A DNA stretch of 64,000 bases from Leptospira biflexa (GCA_020721925.1 DYLV01000001.1:4413-68412); one strand, 5' to 3'. Counted from the stretch's first letter, positions 1 through 10,889 are shown. Notes: generated by a model not told the origin, from the sequence alone. Numbers and translations: made by a program.

Positions 1-752
1 CCATGTTTGAAGGGATTGCAAAACCGATCCCAAGCGATCCGCCAGAGCGCGAGTAGATAGCGGTATTGATGCCGATAAGTTCACCTTTAATATTTACCAG
101 CGCACCACCGGAATTCCCCGGGTTAATCGCCGCATCGGTCTGGATATATTCCTCGTATTCGGCAAGGCCCACGTTCTGCCTTCCCATTGCACTCACAATC
201 CCCATCGTCACCGTGTGGGAAAAGCCGAATGGATTCCCCACTGCAATGACGAGTTCTCCCACGCGAATTGCATCGGAATTTCCGATTTTGAGCGTGGGCA
301 GATTTTTTGGAAGATTGTCGATCTTAATGACGGCAATATCGGTCGCAGGATCGGTGCCCACCACACTGCAGCGAAACTCCCGCTTGTCTGCAAGCGTCAC
401 TTTAATGTTTGCCGCATCTTTGATCACATGGTTGTTGGTTACAATATACCCTTTTTCATTGAAAATGATGCCCGAACCGCGGGATATTCGAGAATCGGGA
501 GTTTTCGGCAGAGGAGGAAGATTCTCGTCGAATGGATTGCCTGGAGGCCGCAACTGATCGGTTAATTTCGATGCTCGTTCTCGATGAGCCGAAATATTCA
601 CCACCGCAGGCGTTACCTTTTTCGATACTTCAACGAGCTTTTCATTCAACATGCTGAGCGATGCATCCTTCGGCTGGGCATGAAGATTTTTCCCAGAGGT
701 TATGGCCCCCATACAAATCACAAGTAAGGATACGCCCAATTTTGCTTTCATA
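1..752 (-). CDS. htrA: HtrA/DegP-family trypsin-like serine protease (partial; N-terminus at 752, C-terminus lies beyond the window start)
   Basis: The reverse-complement translation starts MKAKLGVSLLVICMGAITS (signal peptide). It contains TDAAINPGNSGGALVNIKGELIGINTAIYS, which carries the catalytic-Ser GNSGGAL motif of HtrA proteases. The plus-strand ORFs 66..557 and 215..565 are shadow frames of this gene. Confidence 0.8.
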
Positions 753-880
753 ATACAACCCCGTGGAGAAGAATCATTCCGCACTGCATTGCTGAAGTAG
801 ATCACGCAATACGGGTATGTAAAGCGTTTTTTATCCTTCCTACGTATGAGAGCACTATTGTGCAAAAGTTACCGCAGTGA

Positions 881-1825
<945 letters not shown>

Positions 1826-1868
1826 GTATCGTCGCCCCCTTTTCAGCAATTGTAAAAAAGCAGGCCGT

Positions 1869-2834
1869 TCAACATGCAGATTCAGTTTCACGAGATTCCA
1901 TTTTTACATCCCTCCAGATATTTTTGAAATACTGAGATGAGATGGAAAAATATGCTGCCAGCGGGAACGCCGCAACAAATGAAAACACCACCAGATAACC
2001 AAATCCCACTATGTGTTTCAGCACTTTGACAAATCCTATAGAGTAGTTTGCCGGTGAAACGGTCTGTGCCCTTGGAAGCACATGCGAAAGCACATCGGTC
2101 AGCATGGATGACATTCCAAGCCTGTGTATCATTTCGGGATATGCATACTGAAGCTGCCACTGAGCCGCCTTCGTGATGCCGGCGGTATACCGAATGAGGT
2201 AGTAAATAATCTGCATGGACAACAGGAGAAGAGCAAGTGAAATAATCATGTAGATCACCAGATTGATCCACTTTGATTTTAAAAGCATTTTCAGCTCTGA
2301 AAACACTTCCGCCAGTGTCTGCGATTCTCCCACCAGCGGCGGCGCAATGACGAACAGGCATATGCCGAGTAAAAGGCAGACGAAATTTACAAAGAAGAGC
2401 GGGATTGTGAGCAGAGTGATGATTGCAGGGCCCGCATAGGGAATATATGATATTGAAGTGATTCCTATCTCCAGAAGGACAACGAGGATGAATACAGCTA
2501 CCAGTATCAGCGCAAAACCCAAAAGATAATGAAATTTCCGCGCTGTCAACCATATCGACTGCCTGGTTACTTTGAGCGCCCCTTCCGGGAAAGTGCTGAT
2601 GCGGTATACCCCCGCATACGCCGCCATCACAATGCTGAATGCCAGAAATATGCCCACGTTCTGGAGAAAGTAGTAAAAGAAACTTCTTGGCCGTAGAAAT
2701 CCCGCAAGCAATACGAAGAGGAGAAAGACTACAATCGCAATGCCCACATACAGCCACGTGAGCTTGAAGCTTTTCTTGAAATTTTCAAACTTAAAGCTCT
2801 GTCCAATAGCAAGTCCGAGTACTTTCATCATCAC
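1869..2834 (-). CDS. hypothetical polytopic membrane protein
   Basis: A 321-aa ORF that is strongly hydrophobic with about 8 predicted TM segments and no recognisable motif. The same-strand alternative frame 1888..2757 is Cys/His-rich with low complexity and was rejected. Confidence 0.55.
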   Translation of the reverse strand: MMMKVLGLAIGQSFKFENFKKSFKLTWLYVGIAIVVFLLFVLLAGFLRPRSFFYYFLQNVGIFLAFSIVMAAYAGVYRISTFPEGALKVTRQSIWLTARKFHYLLGFALILVAVFILVVLLEIGITSISYIPYAGPAIITLLTIPLFFVNFVCLLLGICLFVIAPPLVGESQTLAEVFSELKMLLKSKWINLVIYMIISLALLLLSMQIIYYLIRYTAGITKAAQWQLQYAYPEMIHRLGMSSMLTDVLSHVLPRAQTVSPANYSIGFVKVLKHIVGFGYLVVFSFVAAFPLAAYFSISSQYFKNIWRDVKMESRETESAC

Positions 2835-2939
2835 CTTCCGCTTTTAGTATTCAAAATCGCATAATCCCATTTTGACTACATATAGAAAAGGTTTACAAAA
2901 AAATCAAATCTTTTTACTGTGACGATGCAAAAAGGATTT

Positions 2940-3761
2940 ATGATGCAGTATATTGATACACATGCGCATTTCGATCTCTGCATGGAAGAAGGCGTCGGAA
3001 CAGAAAGCGATCTGATGGCAGGCCTTGCGAGCTCTGGTGTCACACACGCAGTGCACGTTTCAATTGATGCCGCCGGTTTTTCCTGGGCGCATGACTTTGC
3101 CTTGAGGCACCGCCAGCAGGGAATTTTATTCACGCTCGGCATTCATCCTTCTTCTCCCGCAGGGAAAAAAGAACTCGACGATATTGACCGATATACGGAG
3201 ATGGTGATGAATTCAGATGAGGCTGCGCTTCTTTTCGGCATTGGTGAAACCGGTCTCGATTACTACCGGATGCATCGCCCGAAAGATGAACAGCAAAACT
3301 CTTTTGAACATCAGATTCATCTTGCGCAAAAATATCATTTGCCCCTTATTGTTCATTCACGCGATGCAACAGAAGACAGCCTGACAATAATGAAAAAATA
3401 CGCCCCCCTTCACGGCATCATGCACTGCTTTTCCGAGGGGGCGGGATATGCAAAAAAATTCCTCGACCTCGGCATGTATCTTTCATTTGCCGGCAATGTC
3501 ACCTACAAAGCAGCAATAAAACTTCAGGAATCCGCCGCGTATGCACCCGCCGACCGTCTGCTTCTTGAGACAGATGCTCCCTTCCTGTCGCCGATTCCAC
3601 TTCGAGGCAAGAAAAACAAACCAGAATTTGTCATTCACACATACCGTTACCTTGCTCATTTGCGAAAAGTTGAAGAGCAAGAACTCACAAATCAGATACA
3701 TAAAAATTTTCTTTCTCTCATCCGAGAAACACTTCATCAAAATCCGCGGAGGCTCACATGA
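2940..3761 (+). CDS. tatD: TatD-family metal-dependent hydrolase (DNase)
   Basis: The N-terminal MQYIDTHAHFD is the HxH motif of the TatD / amidohydrolase-2 fold. AAGGA lies upstream of the ATG at 2940. Length is about 273 aa. Confidence 0.82.
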   Translation: MMQYIDTHAHFDLCMEEGVGTESDLMAGLASSGVTHAVHVSIDAAGFSWAHDFALRHRQQGILFTLGIHPSSPAGKKELDDIDRYTEMVMNSDEAALLFGIGETGLDYYRMHRPKDEQQNSFEHQIHLAQKYHLPLIVHSRDATEDSLTIMKKYAPLHGIMHCFSEGAGYAKKFLDLGMYLSFAGNVTYKAAIKLQESAAYAPADRLLLETDAPFLSPIPLRGKKNKPEFVIHTYRYLAHLRKVEEQELTNQIHKNFLSLIRETLHQNPRRLT

Positions 3762-5431
3762 ATTCGAAAGTCTACCAATCGGATTTTTTAGTTATCGGGA
3801 GTGGCATTGCCGGTCTTTCTTTCGCCATCAAAGCTTCTGAATTCGGCACTGTTCACCTTGTCACAAAAAAAAAGGATTCCGATTCAAATACCAATTATGC
3901 CCAGGGTGGAATCGCATCGGTGCTATCTCCCGACGATTCCATCGAAAGTCATATTGCCGACACCCTAAAAACCGGCGTGGGGCTGTGCAATGAAGATGCA
4001 GTTCGCTTTATTGTCGCGGAAGGTCCTTCACGAATTTTTGAACTTTCCGAATGGGGAACAAAATTCTCAATGCGAAAGGATCTCACCGGCAAGGAAGTAT
4101 TCGACCTTGGGCGAGAAGGAGGCCATTCAAAAAACCGAATCGTTCACGCGCAAGACCTCACAGGCCAGGAACTGGAGCGGGCGCTTCTTGAAAAGATATC
4201 AAATTTAAATAACATAATTATTTTCGAAGACCACACAGCCGTCGATTTGCTCACCGAGCATCAGCTCGGTCTAAATAATAAAAACGCTCAAAAAACTTGC
4301 TACGGCGCCTACATCATGGAAAACTCGACCGGCGACATTCACTCATTCATTGCTCCGGTTACCATGCTGGCAACGGGAGGGGTGGGGCAGATTTATCAGC
4401 ATACGACAAACCCTGACATCGCCACAGGCGACGGCATTGCCATGGCGTACCGTGCAGGAGCACTCATTGCCGATATGGAATTTATCCAGTTTCATCCTAC
4501 TTCTCTGTACTGTGAAGGAAGCAGCGGAAGGTCCTTTCTCATCAGCGAAGCGGTGCGGGGAGAAGGCGCAATTCTTACCACCATCAGCGGGAAAAGATTC
4601 ATGGAAGGAGTCCATCCCATGAAGGAACTTGCCCCACGCGATATCGTCGCCAGGACAATCGACAGCGAATTGAAAAAATCCGGTGCAAAATACGTTTTAC
4701 TCGATATTTCCTTCAAAAGGGAAGCATTCTTACGCAACAGATTTCCGGCAATCTTTCAAAAATGCCTTGATGAGGGAATTGATATTTCAAAAGAACCAAT
4801 CCCCGTCGTTCCCGCGGCTCACTATCTGTGCGGTGGAGTTATTACCGACAGATTCGGGAGGAGTTCCATTAAAAATCTTTTTGTTTCCGGCGAGTCCGCC
4901 TGTACCGGCGTTCACGGCGCAAACAGGCTGGCCAGCAACTCTCTTCTCGAAGGCATAGTCTTTTCACACAGTGCGATAGAATACCTACGCTCGCATTCCG
5001 GGATGATTAAAGCAAAAAAAACCATGCCTAAATTTCCGCTCTGGAACAAAGAAGGAACCTTTGATCTTGAAGAATGGATATTAATTCAGCACAACAAGGA
5101 AGACGTGAAAAGGCTGATGTGGGACTATGTGGGCATTGTGCGCACAAACCTGCGCCTGCAGCGTGCCCAGCGACGCATTAAATTCCTTGCGGAGGAAATT
5201 TACGATTACTACCGACGGAGCACGTTAACTCTGGAACTTGTTGAACTTCGAAACCTGGTCACGGCAGCGGGTCTCATCATCGAAGGCGCGCTGCACAGAA
5301 AAGAAAGCCGCGGGCTCCATTACAACACAGACTTTCCCGAGACGAAAGAGCAGTATTGTGCAAATATCATTCTCCGCACAGAATCATCCCCCCTCCTGAA
5401 AAAACATCGAGAAATAGACATTATCTGGTAA
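3758..5431 (+). CDS. nadB: L-aspartate oxidase
   Basis: DFLVIGSGIAGLSFA is an FAD-binding GxGxxG. NYAQGGIA and the C-terminal region match the succinate-DH / fumarate-reductase flavoprotein family. Length 557 aa. The start overlaps the tatD stop (ATGA). Confidence 0.88.
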   Translation: MNSKVYQSDFLVIGSGIAGLSFAIKASEFGTVHLVTKKKDSDSNTNYAQGGIASVLSPDDSIESHIADTLKTGVGLCNEDAVRFIVAEGPSRIFELSEWGTKFSMRKDLTGKEVFDLGREGGHSKNRIVHAQDLTGQELERALLEKISNLNNIIIFEDHTAVDLLTEHQLGLNNKNAQKTCYGAYIMENSTGDIHSFIAPVTMLATGGVGQIYQHTTNPDIATGDGIAMAYRAGALIADMEFIQFHPTSLYCEGSSGRSFLISEAVRGEGAILTTISGKRFMEGVHPMKELAPRDIVARTIDSELKKSGAKYVLLDISFKREAFLRNRFPAIFQKCLDEGIDISKEPIPVVPAAHYLCGGVITDRFGRSSIKNLFVSGESACTGVHGANRLASNSLLEGIVFSHSAIEYLRSHSGMIKAKKTMPKFPLWNKEGTFDLEEWILIQHNKEDVKRLMWDYVGIVRTNLRLQRAQRRIKFLAEEIYDYYRRSTLTLELVELRNLVTAAGLIIEGALHRKESRGLHYNTDFPETKEQYCANIILRTESSPLLKKHREIDIIW

Positions 5432-5464
5432 AAGGTGTTTCGGCAGGTCCGATTGATGCCGGTT

Positions 5465-5821
5465 TCAATTTCTGCTCTTTATTTTCATAAGAGCTTCCTC
5501 ATTCGTGTTGAAAATATCCACGAAATCCGAAATACCGACAATATCCATCACTTTTTTAAAATGGTTGGTAAGGCCGACAAAGAGGACTTTGCCACTGATA
5601 TCCTGCAGATCCTGAATAATGTTTATAAGGGACGCAATTCCCGCCGAGTTGATATATTTCGTTTTTTCAAAATTGATGATGAGATCTTTAGGCACATACT
5701 TCTTTTTTAATTCATAATAGGTCTTCATCACATCGCTGTCGGATTCAGACGTCATATCACCTTCTATGATGAGCAAGGGAATGCTATTAATTTCTCCCGT
5801 TGAAATTTTATAATTATCCAT
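5465..5821 (-). CDS. STAS-domain protein (anti-sigma-factor antagonist, SpoIIAA-like)
   Basis: 118 aa. YINSAGIASLINII contains the conserved phosphorylatable Ser in a DxSxxG-like context typical of SpoIIAA/RsbV. Confidence 0.65.
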   Translation of the reverse strand: MDNYKISTGEINSIPLLIIEGDMTSESDSDVMKTYYELKKKYVPKDLIINFEKTKYINSAGIASLINIIQDLQDISGKVLFVGLTNHFKKVMDIVGISDFVDIFNTNEEALMKIKSRN

Positions 5822-5990
5822 ATATGAACTCCAGCATCGTAAATAAGCAAAACAGTATTAAATAAATTTTCATGTAATGACGTATAACCTGTCAAGTATT
5901 TCTTGTACAATCATGGAATTTATTGCACCCACCGCACCATAGTATCCATTGTCGTTATACATGAACTTCATTTCATTCTAAAAACAAACG

Positions 5991-6013
5991 CATAGTGCAA
6001 TTGCCATAGTGCA
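5991..6013. repeat. direct repeat CATAGTGCA-N5-CATAGTGCA containing the palindrome GCAATTGC, in the trpS upstream region
   Basis: Exact 9-nt repeat at 5991-5999 and 6005-6013, read directly from the sequence. It lies about 125 nt upstream of the trpS start. Confidence 0.4.
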
Positions 6014-6135
6014 GATTGAAAAAACTTTCTCAAGGTGCTTGACACCGGGAAGCCTCAGATGTATTGGAATATCTTTTCTGAATATTAGGAATGTATTTCT
6101 GCAGCTTAAAACGACATAATATTTGAGGTTTATAC

Positions 6136-7107
6136 ATGACACGGGTGTTATCGGGCATTCAACCTTCCGGGACGCTTCACATAGGCAATTATTTTGCCAT
6201 GATGAAGAGAATGATTGAGTTTCAAAATGAGCACGAACTGTTTTGCTTTATCGTCAATTATCATGCAATGACAAGCCTCCACGATCCAAAGGCTCTGTCT
6301 GAAAATACCATCGACGCTGCGCTTGATTTTTTAGCACTTGGGCTCGATCCGGAAAAATGCTATTTCTGGGTACAATCGGATATTCCGGAAGTCACAGAAC
6401 TCGCATGGATATTAAGTTGCCATACTTCCTTAGGTCTCCTTGAACGAAGTCACAGCTACAAGGACAAACTCGCCAAGGGCATCACGCCAAGCTGCGGGCT
6501 TTTTACCTATCCTGTGCTTATGGCCGCGGATATTTTACTATATCAGGCTAAACTCATTCCCGTGGGGAAGGACCAGAAGCAGCATATCGAAATCACAAGA
6601 GACATCGCCGAACGGTTTAATGCCATATACGGGGAAACCTTTGTCCTGCCGGAACCAATGATTTCGGAAGATATCGCAGTGGTCCCCGGCATTGACGGGC
6701 AGAAGATGTCGAAAAGCTACGGCAACACCATCGATATATTTGAAGACGAAGCATCGTTGAAAAAAAAGGTCATGCGCATTAAGACCGATTCCACGCCGGT
6801 GGAAGCGCCCAAGGATCCCGAAAACTGCAACCTTTTTGCGCTTTACAGGCTTTTCGCTGAAAAAGAAAAAACCGAGGCACTCCGGGAGCGCTATCTTAAA
6901 GGTGGGGTTGGATATGGTGAAGTGAAAAAGGAGCTTTTAGGGCTCATTTATGAGTACTTTTCCCCCTACAGAAAAAAGCGGGAAGTTTTGGCACGAGAAA
7001 GACAGGCGGTTAAGGACGTTCTAAAAAAAGGCGCGGAAAAAACCCGTCCAATTGCGGTGAAGACGTTGGATGACGTGAAGCGGAGAAGCGGTTTGTATTA
7101 TGTCTGA
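6136..7107 (+). CDS. trpS: tryptophan--tRNA ligase
   Basis: The N-terminal SGIQPSGTLHIGNY is the HIGH-type motif and KMSKS is present. Length 323 aa, typical for class-I TrpRS. Confidence 0.92.
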   Translation: MTRVLSGIQPSGTLHIGNYFAMMKRMIEFQNEHELFCFIVNYHAMTSLHDPKALSENTIDAALDFLALGLDPEKCYFWVQSDIPEVTELAWILSCHTSLGLLERSHSYKDKLAKGITPSCGLFTYPVLMAADILLYQAKLIPVGKDQKQHIEITRDIAERFNAIYGETFVLPEPMISEDIAVVPGIDGQKMSKSYGNTIDIFEDEASLKKKVMRIKTDSTPVEAPKDPENCNLFALYRLFAEKEKTEALRERYLKGGVGYGEVKKELLGLIYEYFSPYRKKREVLARERQAVKDVLKKGAEKTRPIAVKTLDDVKRRSGLYYV

Positions 7108-7111
7108 TGCA

Positions 7112-7444
7112 TCAGGTGTATTTTTCTAGAAATTCTTCTTCGGTGAGCACTGTGATGAATTTTTCCATTTTAGCAATTTTAAAAATCCGCTTTACATTCT
7201 CGTTCAAATTGTAGCAGACCAGATCTATGCGATTTTTTCTGGTGATGTTTTTAAACCGCACAAACGATACGATCGCTGCCGAATCAATATAGGTGCAATC
7301 CTTCATCATAAAGGCAATGGTTGAGGGGCTTTTCTCTATCTGTTTATAAAACACCATTTCGAGGTTGTGTACATGGCTGATATCGAGTCTGCCAGTAAGG
7401 GTGATAATCACCAACCCACCTTCTTTGTAAATATCAATTTTCAT
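7112..7444 (-). CDS. STAS-domain protein (anti-sigma-factor antagonist-like)
   Basis: MKIDIYKEGGLVIITLTGRLD...CTYIDSAAIVSFV matches the SpoIIAA-like pattern with a conserved Ser. The ORF opens at a TTG at 7456, but the ATG at 7444 is preferred. Confidence 0.6.
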   Translation of the reverse strand: MKIDIYKEGGLVIITLTGRLDISHVHNLEMVFYKQIEKSPSTIAFMMKDCTYIDSAAIVSFVRFKNITRKNRIDLVCYNLNENVKRIFKIAKMEKFITVLTEEEFLEKYT

Positions 7445-7594
7445 GGTACTGTGCAATACCCTGCTTTATGAAATTAAGCCGTAAGCGCGTAAAATAAAGC
7501 TGTTATTATCTTATCGGAAAATGCGATACGTGAACCTTTAAAATTATCTACATAGAATGTTCCCCCTGTGGACTCAAAATAATAAGTAACAATT

Positions 7595-7637
7595 GCGTTC
7601 TTTTATATCGCGTAAAACAAAGAACGCGGTTTTTTGA
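7595..7637 (+). terminator. rho-independent terminator-like hairpin
   Basis: A 9-bp perfect stem GCGTTCTTT (7595-7603) pairs with AAAGAACGC (7619-7627) around a 15-nt loop. It is followed by GG and a run of six T (7630-7635). Confidence 0.5.
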
Positions 7638-7717
7638 GATGCCCATAAAAAATATTGACATGAATCCAGCATTCTCTCATCATGAACGATACAATTTAAT
7701 ATTCTGCGAGGTATGCC

Positions 7718-7957
7718 ATGGAAAAAAATGTTGGTAAGGTAGATGCCTATATTCGCTTTCTCCTCGGGATTGCATTTCTGCTGAACATCTTCGCGCTTGG
7801 AACCGGCATCATAGGCACTATCGTGCTTCTTGTGCTCGCTCTTGCAATGATCATCACATCCATTACGGGATATTGCCATCTTTACACCCTTCTTAAAATT
7901 GACACCTGCACGGTACGAGAAGAGCCCAAGGAGCCAGCTGCACCAGCACATCATTGA
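7718..7957 (+). CDS. small inner-membrane protein, DUF2892/YgaP-like
   Basis: 79 aa. YIRFLLGIAFLLNIFALGTGIIGTIVLLVLALAMIITSITGYCHLYTLLKI shows two TM helices with the conserved Cys typical of the DUF2892 family. A GAGGT RBS sits upstream. Confidence 0.5.
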   Translation: MEKNVGKVDAYIRFLLGIAFLLNIFALGTGIIGTIVLLVLALAMIITSITGYCHLYTLLKIDTCTVREEPKEPAAPAHH

Positions 7958-8019
7958 TAACATAGAACATCGATCCAATATTTTCAAGCAAATAATTCAA
8001 CACCGCCAGCGTTTATCAA

Positions 8020-8063
8020 AAAGCCCAAAATCATGCTTTGTACTTTGGGCTTTATGTGTTTTT
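8020..8063. terminator. bidirectional intrinsic terminator between the convergent DUF2892 gene and radA
   Basis: A 10-bp perfect stem AAAGCCCAAA (8020-8029) pairs with TTTGGGCTTT (8044-8053) around a 14-nt loop. T-rich tracts follow on both strands. Confidence 0.55.
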
Positions 8064-8094
8064 CAGTCTAAAGTTCGCTTTATCGCAAGGCGAT

Positions 8095-9420
8095 TCATAC
8101 ATTGAAAACATCCATTGCCTTTTCTATCCGTTCCACGGGCACAATCTCACCAGCAAAACCGGATATTTTTACTTCTTCAAAATCACGTGCAGCTACACAC
8201 ACGGTTTTAAATCCTGATCTATTGAGTTCCACCGCTCTCCTGCCGCACTGAGCAACGGCTCTAATCTCGCCGGCGAGTGAAATCTCCCCTAAAAATGCCG
8301 CATCGTGGGGGAGCGGTATGTTCTTCAGGCTGGACGCAATCGCGAGCGCCACAGCAAGATCTGCCGAGGTATCACGGACAGTAATACCGCCGGCTACATT
8401 GAGAAAAATATCGAAACTGCCGAGCGCCAGCGATGCGTGCTTTTCAAGCACTGCCGTGATGAGCATAAGACGGTTATAGTCGAAACCGTCCGCCATGCGT
8501 CGGGGATTTGCGTAGTCGGCACGGCTCACCAGCGATTGCACTTCAAAAACGATTATTCTACTTCCTTCAATTGTCGTGGAAATTGCACTTCCTGACAAAG
8601 GAACGGACGATGCATTGAGGAATAGTTCGTTTTTATCACGCACCTCCTCAAGCCCTCTTGAGCCCATTCTGAAAAGCCCTATTTCGTTGATAGAACCATA
8701 TCGGTTTTTGAAGGAACGCAGAATTCGAAAATCGCGATTGAAATCTCCTTCGAAATAGAGCACCGTATCGACCATGTGCTCAAGAATTTTTGGCCCGGCA
8801 ATGATTCCATCTTTTGTAATGTGCCCGATGAGGATGATGCTCACCGAAAGTCTTTTTGCAGTATCTATGAGCTTTGTGGTTGATTCACGAATCTGAGTGG
8901 GTGATCCCGCCGATGTGGGCAGGGCCGGATCGCAAAGAGTCTGCACGGAATCAATAATCACACACGCCGGTTTTTCCTTTTCCACAAGCGCGATTATTTC
9001 ATGCGGGCTTGTCGACGTGCTAACGTAAATTTTCTCAATCGGCATGCCAAGTCGATCTGCGCGAATACGTATCTGCGATGGAGACTCCTCACCTGAAATA
9101 TAAAGTGTTGGCATTGCACCGGCAATTTGCAACGCAAGGGTTGATTTTCCGATTCCGGGTTCGCCACCCAGAAGCACCACGCTTCCCGAAACCAGGCCAC
9201 CTCCGCACACCAGATCAAATTCTGAAATGCCGGTTGAGTTTCTAATGCTTCCACGCGATGATACTTCCGAGAGGAGTACCGCGGAGGAACGTGCGTGCGC
9301 CTTTGGCTGTTCTTTGCGCGTATACGTATTCCATTCGCCGCATTCGGGGCACTTCCCCTGCCAGCGCAGCGTCTCCGCCCCGCATGCCATGCATACATAC
9401 ACAGAAGATTGCTTTGCCAT
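8095..9420 (-). CDS. radA: DNA repair protein RadA (Sms)
   Basis: The N-terminal zinc ribbon is CMACGAETLRWQGKCPECGEWNT and the Walker A is GGEPGIGKST. The C-terminal Lon-protease-like domain is present. Length 441 aa. Confidence 0.92.
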   Translation of the reverse strand: MAKQSSVYVCMACGAETLRWQGKCPECGEWNTYTRKEQPKAHARSSAVLLSEVSSRGSIRNSTGISEFDLVCGGGLVSGSVVLLGGEPGIGKSTLALQIAGAMPTLYISGEESPSQIRIRADRLGMPIEKIYVSTSTSPHEIIALVEKEKPACVIIDSVQTLCDPALPTSAGSPTQIRESTTKLIDTAKRLSVSIILIGHITKDGIIAGPKILEHMVDTVLYFEGDFNRDFRILRSFKNRYGSINEIGLFRMGSRGLEEVRDKNELFLNASSVPLSGSAISTTIEGSRIIVFEVQSLVSRADYANPRRMADGFDYNRLMLITAVLEKHASLALGSFDIFLNVAGGITVRDTSADLAVALAIASSLKNIPLPHDAAFLGEISLAGEIRAVAQCGRRAVELNRSGFKTVCVAARDFEEVKISGFAGEIVPVERIEKAMDVFNV

Positions 9421-10296
9421 CTACCGTTTCTGCCTTGGAAAGAAAAGTTTCGAGGGATCCTGATTGAGCTTATAGAATAGATCTTTGGCGTAGACCGAAG
9501 CATCGCGGAGATTGTTGTACACCTCTTCATCTGAGATGAGTTTTCCCAGAGTCCCTCGTCCGCTTTCAATCCGATAAATGATTTTATTCAGACTGCTCGT
9601 CGTTTCCGAAATCTGACGAAGCGCGATTGACACATCCTGTTTGTTCTTTTCCGAAAGTTCCGCCATGTTTCTGGTGAGCTGATTAAGCTGATCCATCAGT
9701 TGCTGCGATTTCACGGTAAGCGTTCCAATCATTCCCTTAAGCATCACCACCGATGTCCTGATATCGCCGCGGTTCTCCGAGGTGATTTTGTTAAGATTGT
9801 CAACAAAGCGATTCGAATTCTGAAATATTTCCGCAAGGATCTGGCTTCCCTCTTTATCCAGAAAACCCTGAAAGGTAAGCATCATCTGGTCGAAGCTCGG
9901 TGGATCGATTCCATATACCATATCGCCGTTTTCGAAAAACTCCTCAACATCATACGATGGGGGAACAAACACATTGATATACTTTTCTCCGATGATGCCG
10001 GTAGTGAAGATTGCAAATTTCGTTTTCTTTATGAGTTTGAATTTTTTATCGATCCATATATCCACCTGCGTCTTTTCACCGCTTTGCTTGATATCCTGCA
10101 CCTGGCCAATGGTGATGCCCCCTGCAATTTTCACCGGCGCGCCTTTCCGCAGATCGTTGAGAAAGCCGAAATAGACCCGAAGCATATATCCCGATTGTGC
10201 GATATTGATCTTCGCCAGCACTCCAACCATCACTATGAAAATCGTGAAACTGACCGTCACCAAAAGGCCGACTCTTGCTTCATTGCTCAGTTTCAT
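9421..10296 (-). CDS. MCE-domain protein, MlaD-like
   Basis: An N-terminal TM anchor is followed by an MCE domain (YMLRVYFGFLNDLRKGAPVKIAGGITIGQV) and a C-terminal coiled coil. The stop directly abuts the radA start. Confidence 0.75.
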   Translation of the reverse strand: MKLSNEARVGLLVTVSFTIFIVMVGVLAKINIAQSGYMLRVYFGFLNDLRKGAPVKIAGGITIGQVQDIKQSGEKTQVDIWIDKKFKLIKKTKFAIFTTGIIGEKYINVFVPPSYDVEEFFENGDMVYGIDPPSFDQMMLTFQGFLDKEGSQILAEIFQNSNRFVDNLNKITSENRGDIRTSVVMLKGMIGTLTVKSQQLMDQLNQLTRNMAELSEKNKQDVSIALRQISETTSSLNKIIYRIESGRGTLGKLISDEEVYNNLRDASVYAKDLFYKLNQDPSKLFFPRQKR

Positions 10297-10889
10297 GTGC
10301 TCCTCCCGGAGTTGAATCTTCCCGAGGATTATAGAATTGTCAATTCAATTCAATTTTTTATTCAGTGCGATACTCTAAGTTTTTGTGTAAGATTTCAGCG
10401 TTACGCCACACCAATGAATTTTGGCTCATTACATCCACAATCATCGACACACATCAGCAACGCGCTGCAGTAGAGTCGGTACTTCCTATCTATCTTTAAT
10501 AAGACATGGATTCCCAATGGAATGCCCATATCAATCATCGCGGCGCCAGCCGGGAGTTGGTGTCACCGCTATGAAGGGCTCACTCCATTGTTTCAAATCG
10601 CGCGATACCCATACCTCAATGTGTGATTTCCATTTGGGGAATGGAAGCAAGGAAAACAATAAACAGGCAACCCCAGAACACACGCAATCGTGCAAGTACA
10701 ACCCCTTGATATAGAGCGTGAAATGCACCGCGCATTGTATTAAAAGTGTATAACTCGCTTATATAAATGATGTCAAGCTGAATTGTAGAAAACCATCCTC
10801 ATTGTTCTTGACAACCTTTCTCCCGTATGAATAACACACAAAAATACAATATTGAAGAGCATTTGATTGCAATATTGCATTATTGGTAC

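Noticed and set aside
66-565. Plus-strand ORFs 66..557 and 215..565 (163 and 116 aa)
   Set aside because: They lie antisense to the clearly coding htrA gene (GNSGGAL motif on the minus strand). Their composition is low-complexity, so they are shadow ORFs.
1888-2757. 289-aa minus-strand ORF overlapping the membrane-protein gene in another frame
   Set aside because: It is Cys/His/Gly-rich and low-complexity. The alternative 321-aa frame gives a coherent polytopic membrane protein.
7574-7987. 137-aa minus-strand ORF overlapping the DUF2892 gene
   Set aside because: The DUF2892 frame has an RBS, a sensible two-TM topology and a downstream bidirectional terminator. The antisense ORF is Cys-rich with no signals.
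9700-10473. 257-aa plus-strand ORF
   Set aside because: It runs antisense across the MlaD-like gene, is rich in R/H/F with no motif, and is a shadow ORF.
10421-10728. ORFs 10421..10714 (+) and 10531..10728 (-) in the long mlaD/mlaF spacer
   Set aside because: Both are His/Cys/Arg-rich with no RBS, and they overlap each other. I treat the region as non-coding or regulatory instead.
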